Below, piece after piece: positions 34,707 through 46,887 of a DNA stretch of 64,000 nt. The translations under genes and the position numbers were made by a program. Source of the DNA: Marsupella aquatica (lineage: Eukaryota > Plantae > Marchantiophyta). The DNA is taken from NCBI GenBank assembly GCA_973895155.1, contig OZ316893.1:3826490-3890489 (forward strand), given 5' to 3'. The notes beneath the pieces are model-generated. The model was given only the letters and a program-made list of their open reading frames with translations, was not told where the DNA came from and did no database searches. The first letter of the stretch is position 1, and each line of letters begins with the position of its first letter.

Positions 34707-35845
34707 AACTAATCAGATTCACTGAAAAAGGGGGGGAGCTCACTGGGAGCTCAACCAAGGATGAATGATATTGAGTGAAAAATTTGGTCGTGGCTCACCC
34801 ACTGTCCCCACAGAAGCACGAGGTTCTATTCACATTGAGGAGTGTTGTGTATCGGTGCCAGAGCTCCTTGGTGAGTGTGCGTGTGTAGCCTTAGGTTTGC
34901 CAGGATGGATGCGGTACTCCAGAGCTGAGTCTCCAATTTGATGAAAAACGCAACAATTTGGAATCTCAGGTCACTTTCCTCCCGAAAAATCCAGGTGTGC
35001 AATGAGTGTGGATGACTTGGCGTTGTTCAGGAAAGGCCGTTGGGTGTGTGAAAATTGTGTTTACCCAAGCCAAACGTATTGGGACTGTTTAGATAAGACA
35101 AACCCGGATTAGCCAAATATAGTGGGTAATTTGAAAACCTAATCTCGAATGGCATGGTATCGGGTCGGAAGATGAATAGAGCGCACCATTGGCGGTAAAG
35201 CAGACCCAAGTTACCGGGTTGTCCCCGGAGTGATATCCTATATTCCCACGGTGCCAGACCCCTCACATCTCTCCCCTCACCTTCAATCGCGGAGCGCTAC
35301 ATCGCGCTCGCCCTCTACATCTGCACTCTTTTCTCGTGAAATTGAGAGCCCTTCTTCTCTCTTCCATGTCTCTTTGACTGCTTCCGTTGCGTCTTGGCCC
35401 CTTTCTCCTCACTTTGGTGGCTCCCCTCAAATAACAATCATATTCATGAATAATACAATCAGAAGGAAAAAGATTGTGGACAAGTCAGGAACCTGACTGA
35501 CTCTCGACAATTGAGCCAATTTGGAACTTGTGTAAAGTTCAAAATCCCTCACATGAGAAAATTATAATATTTCTAGGGATTCGTCCATGGTGAATTTGGG
35601 ATGGCCCAAAGTGCTTTTCTGACTTCCAAAAACCAATCTCACTAGAAGCTTACTGATCGAGATAGTATCATACTGCTCAGGGCTTCATTGATGCTTTCTC
35701 TGTTTCCAAGGAGACATTTATTGCTAGAAAAAATTGCAATGCAGCTACAATGCAAGACAACGCAGAAAAGTCAAGGACAAAAATTACAAATAACTCATCA
35801 AAAACTTGAACATCATTCATGGAAAGCCAAACCTATTCAATTACT

Positions 35846-36788
35846 CTATCTACGTGCTACCTCCGTTGCAAAGAACCGAATGGAGTCAGAAATTCCACCA
35901 ATTGCATTTGCCATCGCATCAGTCATCTTAGATTGCTGGTCTAAAATCTTAGATTGCTGGTCTAAAATGTCTTGATGCTTTTTTAAATCCAATGCTATAA
36001 CACTATCGTGCCTATCCTTCTCCTAGTTTCTATTTGTTTCCTCCAGTCTACTTTTGCTCTCCGAGTCTTTTCCCAAAAATTCCAAGTAGTTAGCACTTGT
36101 CTTTTTGAATTGGTCGTCGAGTCTGTCTCTTCGACATTTCTTGATGCCTCTGTCCCCAAGTCCTACAGGTGGTGTTCGACGTTGTGCTGCATCAGCTCCT
36201 GTAGAGGAGGGTTCCATTCGAATAGGTGGAGGAGAATCGACCTCCATGTCGTTCCCCAAAATTTCACTGGCTGGTCCTTCAGGGTCTGCTCGCTCTCAAT
36301 GTGAGCCTCCTCCTGCACATTTCCAGTATCCACCACCTGATTTGGCGATGGATTAATGGCTCTCTGAGTCCCCATCCAAGGTTCCATACTCTCGAATAGC
36401 TCATGAGCAAAATTCACGGGAAGCTTCTTGGTCTTCCTTTCCTCACTCGCCATCTCGTAGTAGCTTGGCTGTCCGCTACCAACATGATTCTGATAATCAT
36501 AAACCTTTTTAAAATCTGTAACCAATTTCTCCCATCGTTTCTTTATTTGCATAGAAACTCGTAAGACCCATCTCTAGCAAGGGCGGATTGGATATCTCTC
36601 CATTTCTGGTCAGCAGTTCTTATCCTTTCCCTGGAGCTGTTGTTCAAAGAAAATTCGTGCTCTAATCGCTTGGCAGCAATGAGCAGACATAGCTCATGCA
36701 TTTTCCACTGCCTCCCGGAGAATTGCTCTGGAAGACGAACAACATTGACATTTGCAGGTGCATTGTGCGCCTCCTCAATTCCAGCCAT
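35846..36788 (-). pseudogene. Harbinger-associated Myb/SANT (trihelix-like) DNA-binding protein, frameshifted
   Basis: W..HE...LI.AK...KWRDI...(frameshift about 36570)...QIKKRWEKLVTDFKKVYDY...SYYEM..EERK.KKLP.NF..ELF..M. Second frameshift about 36260 and a coiled-coil C-terminus ending TEVARR* at 35846. Confidence 0.85.
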
Positions 36789-37809
36789 TGTGGTGCTGTG
36801 GTTTGTCGACTATGTATCCATAATTCACTAAATCACAGTAGAACCAGGCAAAAGCAAGTTGAACGCCTCGAGCAGAATAGTAGAAAGATTTGGATGAAGG
36901 TGCTTGGTTGCAATCGAAGTGCAAGCAATATACTGGAAATTTACATTGAAAATCCATGGCGGAATGTCTGTATTGGGCACAAGTAGAAAAACTAGGCGCT
37001 ACCGCCATGCCTTGAGTGGGACATCGATGTTTGCCAATGTCCATGCACACCGTCCGAACTATTTGTTGCCACCGGAGATAACAAGTCGTCACGTTGGGTG
37101 CAACCTACTATCGCCAGTTCCCGGTCATCGTCAGGGCCCTCAAAGTAGGGTGACTGGCCTTCCACCCTGCACGTCGACTTGAGGACCACCCTGAAATATT
37201 AGAGAGTTCTCATTGGCTCCTGACTACTTGGACGTTTAAGGGTATTGCGATTCAGGCTACTTGGACTTTTAAGGGTATTGCGATTCAGGGCTGATGGAAC
37301 ACAGCTCTAAGGAACAAAGAGGAGCAGAAGAGCCCCCTACTGATATACCAAAGAAGACGAAAAGTGTTTACTCGTGAGGGTTTATGGTATCGCAAAGAAG
37401 TCGAGAAGTATTTACCCGTGAGGGTTTATTCATGGCTGGTTTAGGCGATGTCAAGCTGATGGAAGTGGGTCTTCCACAAACTTAGTGACAGGAACAAATT
37501 TGAAGAGGGGGGATTGTTACTTTATTTAATTGTTTTTGTGTCGTAGTTTCGGCTGAGAAGTGAATCTATGGAGGCGGTGAGGCTTTCAAATTTCTCTCTA
37601 CCCTTGTGAACGCTTGCTCCATCCATCACTGAGACCGGCCATCGAGACCTCACAATTTCTCGTCGCCGATTCTGTAAAGATGACTGTCCTCAAATTGGAC
37701 CTCTCCACTCTGAACCACGGCGTCAGCTGGTGATGATGTCTTTGGCGATGGCGGGGTCAGTCTAGCTTTCTGCCGAGGAAATCCTCTAGCAATAGAGCAG
37801 GGCAGGGTC

Positions 37810-40720
37810 ATGGCGATCAATGCGTCCTTGCGCTTCTTCGGGACGCGGTCTCCGGCGCTGCAGCAGCACGCTGGGGTGGCGGCCTGCACATGGAAGAACA
37901 GGCAGCAGGCAGCGATGCTGCTGCAAATTCGGCACTGCATGGTGAGCAGCAGAACTGTAGCATTGGGTAGGGTAGAGCAAGCTAGCAGCTCTGGCATCGA
38001 AGAACTGGACGCGAAGCAGACGAGGCAGGTGTCTCTGTTCGTGGATGCGCTACTTGACTGGAATCAGGTTGGTTCGCCATCAAAACCATCCGCCTTGTTT
38101 GTAGAAGTCCCTGCCGAAAGCTCAATATTTAACTGTCGATTCTTTGAGCGAGTATGAGATTATACTTGAATGCTCGATGTAAACTTGGTCTAGTTGAGTG
38201 GAATCCCAGGCTTGTTTCTGCAGGAAATTGACATAATTGCGTAGCTCATAGGAATTTTTGGAAAGCGATTTTATCATAAGTATTGGAAGGCATGACTAGA
38301 AGCAACTCGGAAGGAAAACAAAACCCATTTGGACTCTCTGTTCGTGCTGCCATTCTCCTCAGCTCAACTCATTTTCTCAGAGCTAATCCACCTAAACTCG
38401 ATTCTCTTTAGTTCCATAAAGTTCTCCTCAATCACAGTCCAATTACCTTTCCTGCTGAAAATGGAAAGTACTGGAACGTTTGGCTGTGAGGACTGTTGGG
38501 AATTACTTATTGGAAATTTCCTCGCTTTGATCTGCTGCAGCGCATGAATTTGACGGCTGTGACAGAGCGGGAGGCTGTTATGGAGCGTCACATAGCGGAT
38601 TCATTGGCGTTGTTGCCGACTGTGGAAAGTGCCTATTCCGCGCATTGCCTGTCTTCTGATATTTCTGGGGAGCGACTGAAGGTCGTGGATATAGGGAGTG
38701 GGGCGGGGCTTCCTGGTCTAATCTTGGCCATTGCGAGACCAGGTGCACCACATGCTGTTGGCTGCCAGATCAGGCATGTTGTTGTCTCTTATGTGATTGC
38801 GGCTGAACTAGTCTATTGGCATTCTAGCTCCTCTTCGGTATAAGTTTCCATTAGTTAGACCTCGGGGGAACTGAACATAGCTGAGTCTTGACCCTGTCTA
38901 TGGTTGGCAATGTATGCAGCGTGGCAGGTAACCTTAATTGAATCATTACAGAAACGATGTTATTTTTTGGAGTATGCCGCAGAGCAGTCAGGATTGTCGA
39001 ACGTAACTATTGTTCGAGCGAGAGCAGAGGTCAGATTTTGCCCATGAGATGTCCAACTCCTCCTTCTGCTCGGAGCTTCTGCATCCACGTCATTCAATAT
39101 TACTCATAAATTTAGACTTGTCTAAGAGAAATTGCGTGCCCCCAACTTCCAGAATGGTTGCGTTTACAGTTGCCCTTGTGATACATTCGTTTAGGTCAGC
39201 TGTTGCAGCTTTCCTTTGAGGTCGAGTTTGGAACAATCCTCTCTACTAGTCAAAAAGGGGAGAATTTGTGGTCATCGTATTTGTCCAAAGTCCAATGAGT
39301 GTATTGGCTGTACAATTTCAGGAGTGTGGACGTGATGAGCGGTTTCGGGGGGCCTATGATGTTGCAATAGCTAGGGCTGTGGCAGAAATGCGACTACTTT
39401 GTGAGTAATCTATCGTAGATGGTTTGCCAACATCAGGAGAAAGAAATATTGGAAGATTGTCGTGGTGAACAATTGGTGAAAAAATAGTAGGTTCCAGCTT
39501 TTCAAGATATCCGAGGTTAAGATCCACAAGTACAGGAAAGGAAGAGGCTTGTACAACCTTTAAGGATAGGCTCTGAACGTTTGAAATGCATTTGTGGAGA
39601 TCTACTGGACTGATTTGTTTGTCCTAGATCCACCAGTTGCACTTTCTAAGCCTGAGCTGAGTCCTTTTAACAGCAGCTGAGTCCTCTTTAACAGCATTTC
39701 CTTACCTGGAAACCCACCTGAGCTATGTCACAAGGCCATCAATTTTCTTGAGAGACAAGCTATAGGACCTGTATTACCTGAATCGCTTGAACAAGTTTTG
39801 ATTTTTGAAGTGGATGAGTCAGATTGAAGAAAGTAACGTCGTACAAGCAAACTAGAGCATGATATTCAGGTCACGATTACCTAACTGTGTGATTATTCGA
39901 CTCGAAAACTTGTATCATGTATTTTGCAGCAGAGCTATGCCTGCCGTTGGTGCGAGTAGGGGGCCTTTTTGTGGCTGCAAAAGGCCCCAATCCACAGGTT
40001 ATTCATCTGACAATACTTCTGTGACTAAGCTTTACTGTTTCAGCAGTGCGTATGGACTTATTTAAATAGTTGTGTTGGCATGAATGAATGGAGATGTAGA
40101 CTATCCAACCTTAGACTTGAGCACACATCAATTTGTCCTTTTAAATTGCCTTACGGAGTTGATTTTATAGCAATTTTCTCTCTGCAACAAGAGTAGGAAT
40201 GATCCCCTGTTTTAGTCGCCTCCTCAATAGGTTTTGCCAGTAACACTGTTAGATTCGTTCCTGGGACCTTCAGCAAGAAGTCGAAGCCTCAAGGACAGCA
40301 ATACGCGTGCTGGGAGCCTCTCTTCTGTCGATATCAACAGGTAAATTTGCAAAATTCGAATTTTTCATTCCCTAAATGATGATATCGAGACAGCGTCTGA
40401 ACGAACATGCAATACGTGAGGCATTAGACAAGTTTGACAGTTTCTGCTGCTTGCTGAAATTGACTTTGAGCTCTCTATAAACTAGGACTCAAAGGTTCGA
40501 AACATTAAGTTTGGAGGGACCCGTGACTTCGGATTGTATTTCTGTTTCATTGCGAGGGGCTTTAAAGTGACTTCTGTTTTGTTTGTTTGTTACTCTTCAT
40601 TGTGCAGTTGCTTCAGAGGGACCTCTGGGTTTGCGGACCGCTGTTGTATGTCACAAACAGAAGGCTACACCTGCAAAGTATCCTCGTAGCGTAGGGACTC
40701 CTGGGAAGCACCCGCTGTAG
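37810..40720 (+). CDS. rsmG: 16S rRNA m7G methyltransferase G (RsmG/GidB family), probably organelle-targeted, 7 exons
   Basis: Exons 37810-38067, 38541-38742, 38920-39029, 39322-39400, 39930-39997, 40274-40340 and 40608-40720. Motifs: WNQRMNLTAV, RHIADSL, VDIGSGAGLPG, RARAE, YDVAIARAVA, LCLPLV..GG.FVAAKG, TPAKYPR. N-terminal transit-peptide-like extension. Confidence 0.95.
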
Positions 40721-41299
40721 ATGCGGGAAGTCCTACCTTGAAGTGCATAGATCTAGTGGACTCTACTTATTCTTTGCTCTCGAGTGTTTTTCATGATTCT
40801 GAAAGCTCAATCCACAAGAAATGAAAAGCTGGAATCCCTTGTGATGTTTCTTGGCACTTTCGAATCGAAATGTGCAAAGTAAGTGCTGATCGTTTCGCTC
40901 TACATGAACAATGTCTTGAAATGCGTCGTCTTGGTTCTTTAAAGAAAACACACTAGAATAAGAGGGGCTCATCAATCAAAAGGTAAGCTAGAAGCACGAC
41001 GACAGATATGACCTCAGGCAGGACAACATTTTGGTGCCAAAAACATACTTGTAAAGATAGCACAATATCTAAAAGAACTGCATCGTCCATAAATTGTATT
41101 CCTGCATGTTGTGATATTCATGCCTTGGCCGTTGACATAATAATATATGTGTATCTCTAAGCCATGGAGTGATTCCTATTCTAAGATTTCATTTTAAGTG
41201 CTGGATAGTACAGGTGGGTCATTTATGTTCATAGCGCCTAGTTTTAGGAGACGGAAAATATCAACCGGGATGTTAGAATTGGCGACAGGTCGTAAGTAC

Positions 41300-42560
41300 T
41301 ATGTACCCTCCCGGCGGCGGAACTCCCTCGGAAACCTGTCGCAAGGCTGGCCCGAACCTTTAGGCCCAGACTGCGCCGGTGCCCCTCCTGTACAACGGCA
41401 ATGGCAGGTGACATCACCAGCACGACCACCAACTACGCCGGTCCCGCTGGGAGAAGGGGATCCAGTCCCAAAGGCCCGGGCTGCAGGGGGGCAGGCCCTT
41501 TAGGGCCAGGTTCCGTGATGCTGGGAGTGAGGATGTGTCAAAATGTTTATCACGCGACCTCCCCTCCCTGGGGCCCATTGTCCCTGGTTTTATACCCTTC
41601 CAAGAAAGGGTTCTCGCACCCCTGGTTGCCCTGTGAAACCTTTCTCTCAAGTCCTGCCTCAGCTAGCTGGTCTTGTTTTTCTTGGGGCCTTTCCCTCTTT
41701 TCTTTCCCTTCATTGGGTTGCTTTGCTATTGGGATCTTGTCTCCCAATTCGGCGTTTATTGGGTTGCTTTGCTATTGGGATCTTGTCTCCCAGTTCGGCG
41801 TTTTTTGCCCTTGGGCAGTGTGATATATATCTTGTCCCATCCCACTCACTTCTTGTCTCTGTCTCTGCTTGGTTGTCTCATCTTGTCCTGCTTGGTCATC
41901 TTTTTCCGTCCCTCTTGCTCTCCCCGCTCACCTCTTGCCTATGCTTGCTCGTCTCGTCCCGCCCGCTCTCCCACTCACCTCTTGCCTCCACTTGCTTGTC
42001 TCATCCCGCTTGCTTGTTTTGTTTGCTCGTTCAGAGCCTAGAGCTCAGTCTCAAATCACCTCATTCCTGGGGTTTTTGCGTGACCTTAATGCTCTTCATG
42101 ATTTTTTTACTTTATATTTTTCAGGGCACTCTGGGCCTGTCAAGATGTGGATCACCTTTTTGAATACATTCTACTCTACTTTTATTAAAGTTTGAAAAGA
42201 TCTTGATCGCCTATTAGAATACATTTTACTCTACTTTTATTAAAGTTTGAAAAAAATAAAATCTCTAAAGATTGGGTAGTAAGGTTTTGTTTCTGGAATA
42301 TTATCTATAACTATAATAAGGAATCTATAACTGTAATAAGGGATCCTGCCTTTTTTAGTCCTTCATCCCAATACAAACAAGTTTTTGGATGGAAAAAATA
42401 CACAGCGGTAGATTTAATTAGCTATTTTCTTTGATATTTATAGAAGAAATATGCACCCCTGACACATATGTGCTTCCTGTTGCTCGACCCGACTCCCTAT
42501 GGGCCTGCCCTCCTTGGACTCCCTATGGGCCGCACAGGCATAGGTCTCATGGTATATAAT
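41300..42560. mobile_element. Unclassified non-coding repeat or TE remnant
   Basis: GC-rich ends and internal tandem duplications (41713-41803, 42160-42250, 42490-42530). About 41670-41835 is homologous to the reverse complement of about 12930-13060. No TSD found. Confidence 0.45.
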
Positions 42561-44990
42561 GTCCTGAAGAACAACAAGTTCATCTTGAGTTGTGAGGGCT
42601 ATTATTGCCCATAGTAAATATTCTGGATCCTTTAGGAGTCACATCAAATAACACTTTTCATTTTTATCAAGCATGTACCTCAAAAACTTTCCGAGCGCCA
42701 ATTCCTTCATTCCCCTGTCACCTACAGCTGCCAGTCCCAGCCGTTCAATCCCGTCCGCCCCAACCATGATGATCGTGAGCCATTTACACAGTCATGACAT
42801 GAATGATGATGATGGGTGACGAATTTGAGAATTTCTGTTAATGGCTTTTGCTGCATAGAGTGCGGATTTTGACGTGGTGGGTCTACAGTCCCAGTGAGAT
42901 AAAGAAACTGTTCTTCTGTTTGGCACGTATATTTTCAATTTGGTCCAGTTGGCTGGCAGGGGCACGCGGTTTCTGTTGGCGACATTGGAAGGACACTACT
43001 GCGCATCGGAGCTGTCACTTAGATGGGAAGGAAAGTGGGAAAGAACAGCAGAATGTTGACATTTGGAGAGTGATTTGACACAGGATCGGGAACGCAAGCG
43101 AGTCTACATTGCACTGCCACTGAGCTGGGAAAGTGGGGAAAAGAGAAGAGAGTCGAGATCTGTACTGTGATTCGGAATTGAGAACGAAATCGACTGGAGG
43201 TCCTCTTCATCGGGCCTGCGAGCTAGGAACCGGCGAGGAGTTATCTATCGTGAACTTGGGCTTGTGGTTGTGTTAAGGAAGGAAAGAACCACAAGAGTTG
43301 CCTGCCTCTTCAAGGCAAGAAGACCAGGTCGAATGTTTCTTGTGTTGGGCTTGGAAACTTAGAAAACAGCAGGAGACAATGGAGCTGGTTAGGGGATGGC
43401 AGTTGTCACATTTGACGCTTCTCCACTCAGTGTAGAGCAGATTGGAGAACTGGCACTGGCAGAAGACCGAATCTCGTGCCAACACAAAGAAGAAGAGTTT
43501 TCCGTCTCGAAAGGGCGTCAAGAGTGTATCCATCTTGCTGGATCGATTAATCTGTAGGAGCAGCTGTAAGAAATTTCACAAATCTTCCCTAGAGCAAAAC
43601 TTGAAAGGTTTTTATTTTCTCATCGAACTGCTCTACAGCCAATTAGCAAGTTTCTTGACTGTTGGTGTCTTCCAGTACCAGAGTGATTGGATGCTTCTGA
43701 GCAAATTTTCGTGGGAGCATTCCTGACTATGTTTCCATCTCATTCTGATTGGCTACTACTTGGACTCAGCCTTCCAGTATGTCCTACTATAAAGTTGGTT
43801 ACTGGTTTGGAGTGATGATCGAGTCTTGACGTTTTCAATAGGCGAACTCGCCGTGGTCGATGGAAGTGGACTTTCCCACTGAATCTGAAATTCAGCTGGT
43901 GTCACATCGACGCAAAATTTAACGAACACATCCGCCAGTGGGTGGTGCTACAGTACTTATTTACTCCAGATCTCATAATATTTTATACTCCAAGCTTGGA
44001 TCGGCTTCCACAGGGCATGACAGGGCGGACCGTTCGACCCTGTAGTAACCTCCCTTAATAAATACTGGTTGCTTCAATGTTTTTTGCCAGCGCCCCAGCT
44101 CCGTGCTCAGAAATGTTCCTCAGCCGTAAGGGTAATTATTGTACAATAGAAGGGTTTTTGGGTTTGGGGGACGGTATTTGCATGATGTGAGGGAGGGTGG
44201 GTGGTGTTGGCCGTGTTGGATTATTGCTAAAGTCAGGAACTGTAATGCTTGGATCGCGAAACAGAGATACCCAGAAAAGAACAGTACATTCTTTGCGCTG
44301 AGAGAGTTCAAGGAGACCACCTTGATCCGCCTCCGGACTGTCCCTATTGGGGATTCTCGGGTCGTCGTAGCTGCCGAAGAGCACCTAAAGTTTTTGTCTG
44401 TCACCTTAGCTGCATCCTTTTAATGTTCGGGCGATTCGTCTGGCTGAAGCTAAAATCTCCGAGAGCGTCTCTGGACTGGAACTTACTCTTCAGAAGATTT
44501 CTCAGCTGCATCTCTTTGCATTATGCCTCATAGGAGTACTCTTCCTCCACATGGTCCATTTATCCAGTCTGACTGATTAGTCATTGCCTTCCTCTCCGAT
44601 CCATTGCGGGATTGGCGTATCTGCTCTTGAAAATTGCTACGTTTAAAGTAAAGAGCAGGTTTACTTTGTGATTTTTAATAAATGTGCGACTTCGGATGCC
44701 CTCTGCTGGTGCTCACAGCCACAATTTGATTTGGGTGCATAGAGGGTAGCACTGATTACTGATTGAAGACGGATAGTTATTATTCTCACACATGTTTACT
44801 CATGAATTGACGGCCATCGACCGCACTTACAGAAGTCTGGCCCTGCTGAGGTCCGGATTGCACCCTGTCAGTGGTTCACGAGCCAGTTTGGGAAGGGCTG
44901 GTTGAACTATAGATTTTCTAATTGCTCCCTCAACGTTGAATTGCAGGGGTAGGAGCTAGAGAGCTGCTGAGAGGCCAGAATCCATCTATC

Positions 44991-46887
44991 ATGGTGACCC
45001 ACGGGAGGCTCACATTGGCCGTTATTCTTGGGTGTCTTCTTTTGTGTATTTTGGGGCCTCACTCCGTTTCAGGTATGTCCCCTGGATCTGTTGTGACCAT
45101 CTAGTGTAAGGACTAAGTACCTCCATGACTTTATTGTCTGCCCCTCTGATCCATACGGTATCTAATTTATCGTTGGCTGCTTCGTGCCAGAAGTTCATTG
45201 TGTATGTCTTGCTCTCTCATGCTTTGTTGAATGTGGTGTTCTTTGACAGAGATTCATAATGTGGTATGATGACAACTTGGTTTTATTGCTTTATCTTCGT
45301 GATTCACGCTAACCTGCACTGATTCAATTTTGGCGTCCTGACTGGTATATTTGGGACAGGGAGTGCTGAGGGCGAAGACGAAATCATTGAAACTTTCTTC
45401 GCTGGTGGCCGGCATCTCCTACAGGATCTTACGCGTGAGTGTTGATATCTCTAGTTAGTTGTAATCCTGTCGTGGCCATATTTTGCAAATGCAAGGACCG
45501 AATGAGAACGAGTTTGAAAGGGAATGTCTTGGTGGTTGACATACTAGTGAACTCGTAATTACTGCCGGTGACGTATTTCTTGGTGTGGGTTTTCGATTCG
45601 TCATTTCTGTGTTGTTGTACTCCTGCGTTCGAGTTATCTGCAGTTGGGAGATTCCGTCACAAACGTGTGCATTTGTGTCCCACACTCTGGGCTATGATGT
45701 TTGTGCTGGAAAAAGAAGGAAGAGGGTGACAATACCCATCTGTTCTTTATGCTATCGGGCCATGGTCTTCCAAATTCCAGCTCGTTTTTGAAACAATTCA
45801 GGCCTTAGACTGGTTTCACCGGTAACGTTCCATGGAATAGTTTCTGCATGCTATTGGAAGGCTGCTATTGTTGCTGACAGTTCGATTACTGCTGAGGATT
45901 TGGAGAATATCCTTCTGGCGTAGAGCAGGAGCATTTTTGCTAAAATGAATTTCCACTTGACACCTCAAATGACTCGTGCCTTCCCTGACTAGAGGTCTGG
46001 TACAATCAGTTAATGGTCATGATCTGTCTTTATTGTACGTGCTAATAATTATGTGAGATGTTTTTCCTAAGATTTCAAACAGATTTATAGAATAATAGCT
46101 CTGTCGACATAGTTATCAGTAGAAGAACAAAGGACAATAAGCTCGCTATAAAAATACAATTCGATTGTTTAAGTTTACTCACATATGTAAACAACGGCTG
46201 TCTCTGGTCAAGCTCTTTGTTCATCGTAAGTTTAGGGAAAGGGTAGGCTGCACTTTTGACAATGAGGAACATCACAGCAAATTTGGAAAGCTATTGCATG
46301 TATAGTGTTAGCATTATCTGTGCAAGATACTATGGTTTTGTTGTTGTTGTGACTAAAGCAAGCTTTACATGCAGGAATATATCAGTAAGCAAAGCATCCT
46401 TTTGGGGTTTGTGGGTCAAAGATGCATTGGAATCTTAGGAGACTCTATTTCTACCTTTGTCTGACTTGTGGCACTCATGTGTTCTGCAGAATGTCCTCAT
46501 CAATGGGCCTATGACAATTTCACTGTTCTTGAAGAGAATTGCCCTTATGTGGTAAATCTCACGACCACCTATGACAAGCAGAGATGCTGCCGGTATGGTC
46601 TTGGGGGCATGTTATGCCCGTACTACTCTCTCGTCAATGATCCCACTAACGATTGTTCAAAACTTTTCTGGTCCACCTTACAAGTAGTGGCTCCAAACTA
46701 CACCACTGACTGGTTTTCATTCATTTGTACTGATCCCAACAGTCCGGGTGGTATAGAATGTCCGGCTGGTTTTGGTAATAACAGTGCTCCCAGCCCGTCA
46801 GGAAACTTTTCACCTAGCTCCCGTTCATTTGCCTCATCTCTTCTCTTAGCAATAGCAATATTTGAGATTCTGGTCTTGTTATTTTAG
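44991..46887 (+). CDS. LORELEI-like GPI-anchored protein (LLG family), 3 exons
   Basis: Exons 44991-45072 (signal peptide), 45360-45434 (GRHLLQ) and 46490-46887. Eight-cysteine pattern CP....NFT.....C...CC.......CPY...ND.TNDC...F..IC......GIEC and a hydrophobic GPI-signal-like C-terminus. Confidence 0.88.

Larger units (their letters stand above)
15314..35358 (-). mobile_element. Full-length L1-clade LINE (about 6.3 kb after removing three nested insertions)
   Basis: 13-bp TSD CTCTTCCATGTCT at 15301-15313 and 35359-35371. Contains ORF1, AP endonuclease, RT and C-terminal zf-RVT in order on the minus strand. The reading frame is restored across each nested insertion. Confidence 0.92.
13200..37200. 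mobile_element. PIF/Harbinger element (convergent transposase and Myb genes) split by a LINE; ends approximate
   Basis: Removing the LINE at its TSD places the transposase (+) and the Myb/trihelix gene (-) tail-to-tail about 1 kb apart, the usual two-gene content of Harbinger elements. TIRs and TSD were not identified. Confidence 0.65.

Noticed and set aside
13131-37198. Direct repeat CCCTGAAATA at 13131-13140 and 37189-37198 as a TSD for the Harbinger element
   Set aside because: The sequences just inside are not inverted repeats and Harbinger TSDs are normally about 3 bp, so this is probably chance or unrelated element ends.
41543-42163. 206-aa hydrophobic ORF
   Set aside because: Arises from CT-rich tandem repeats in a non-coding repeat element.
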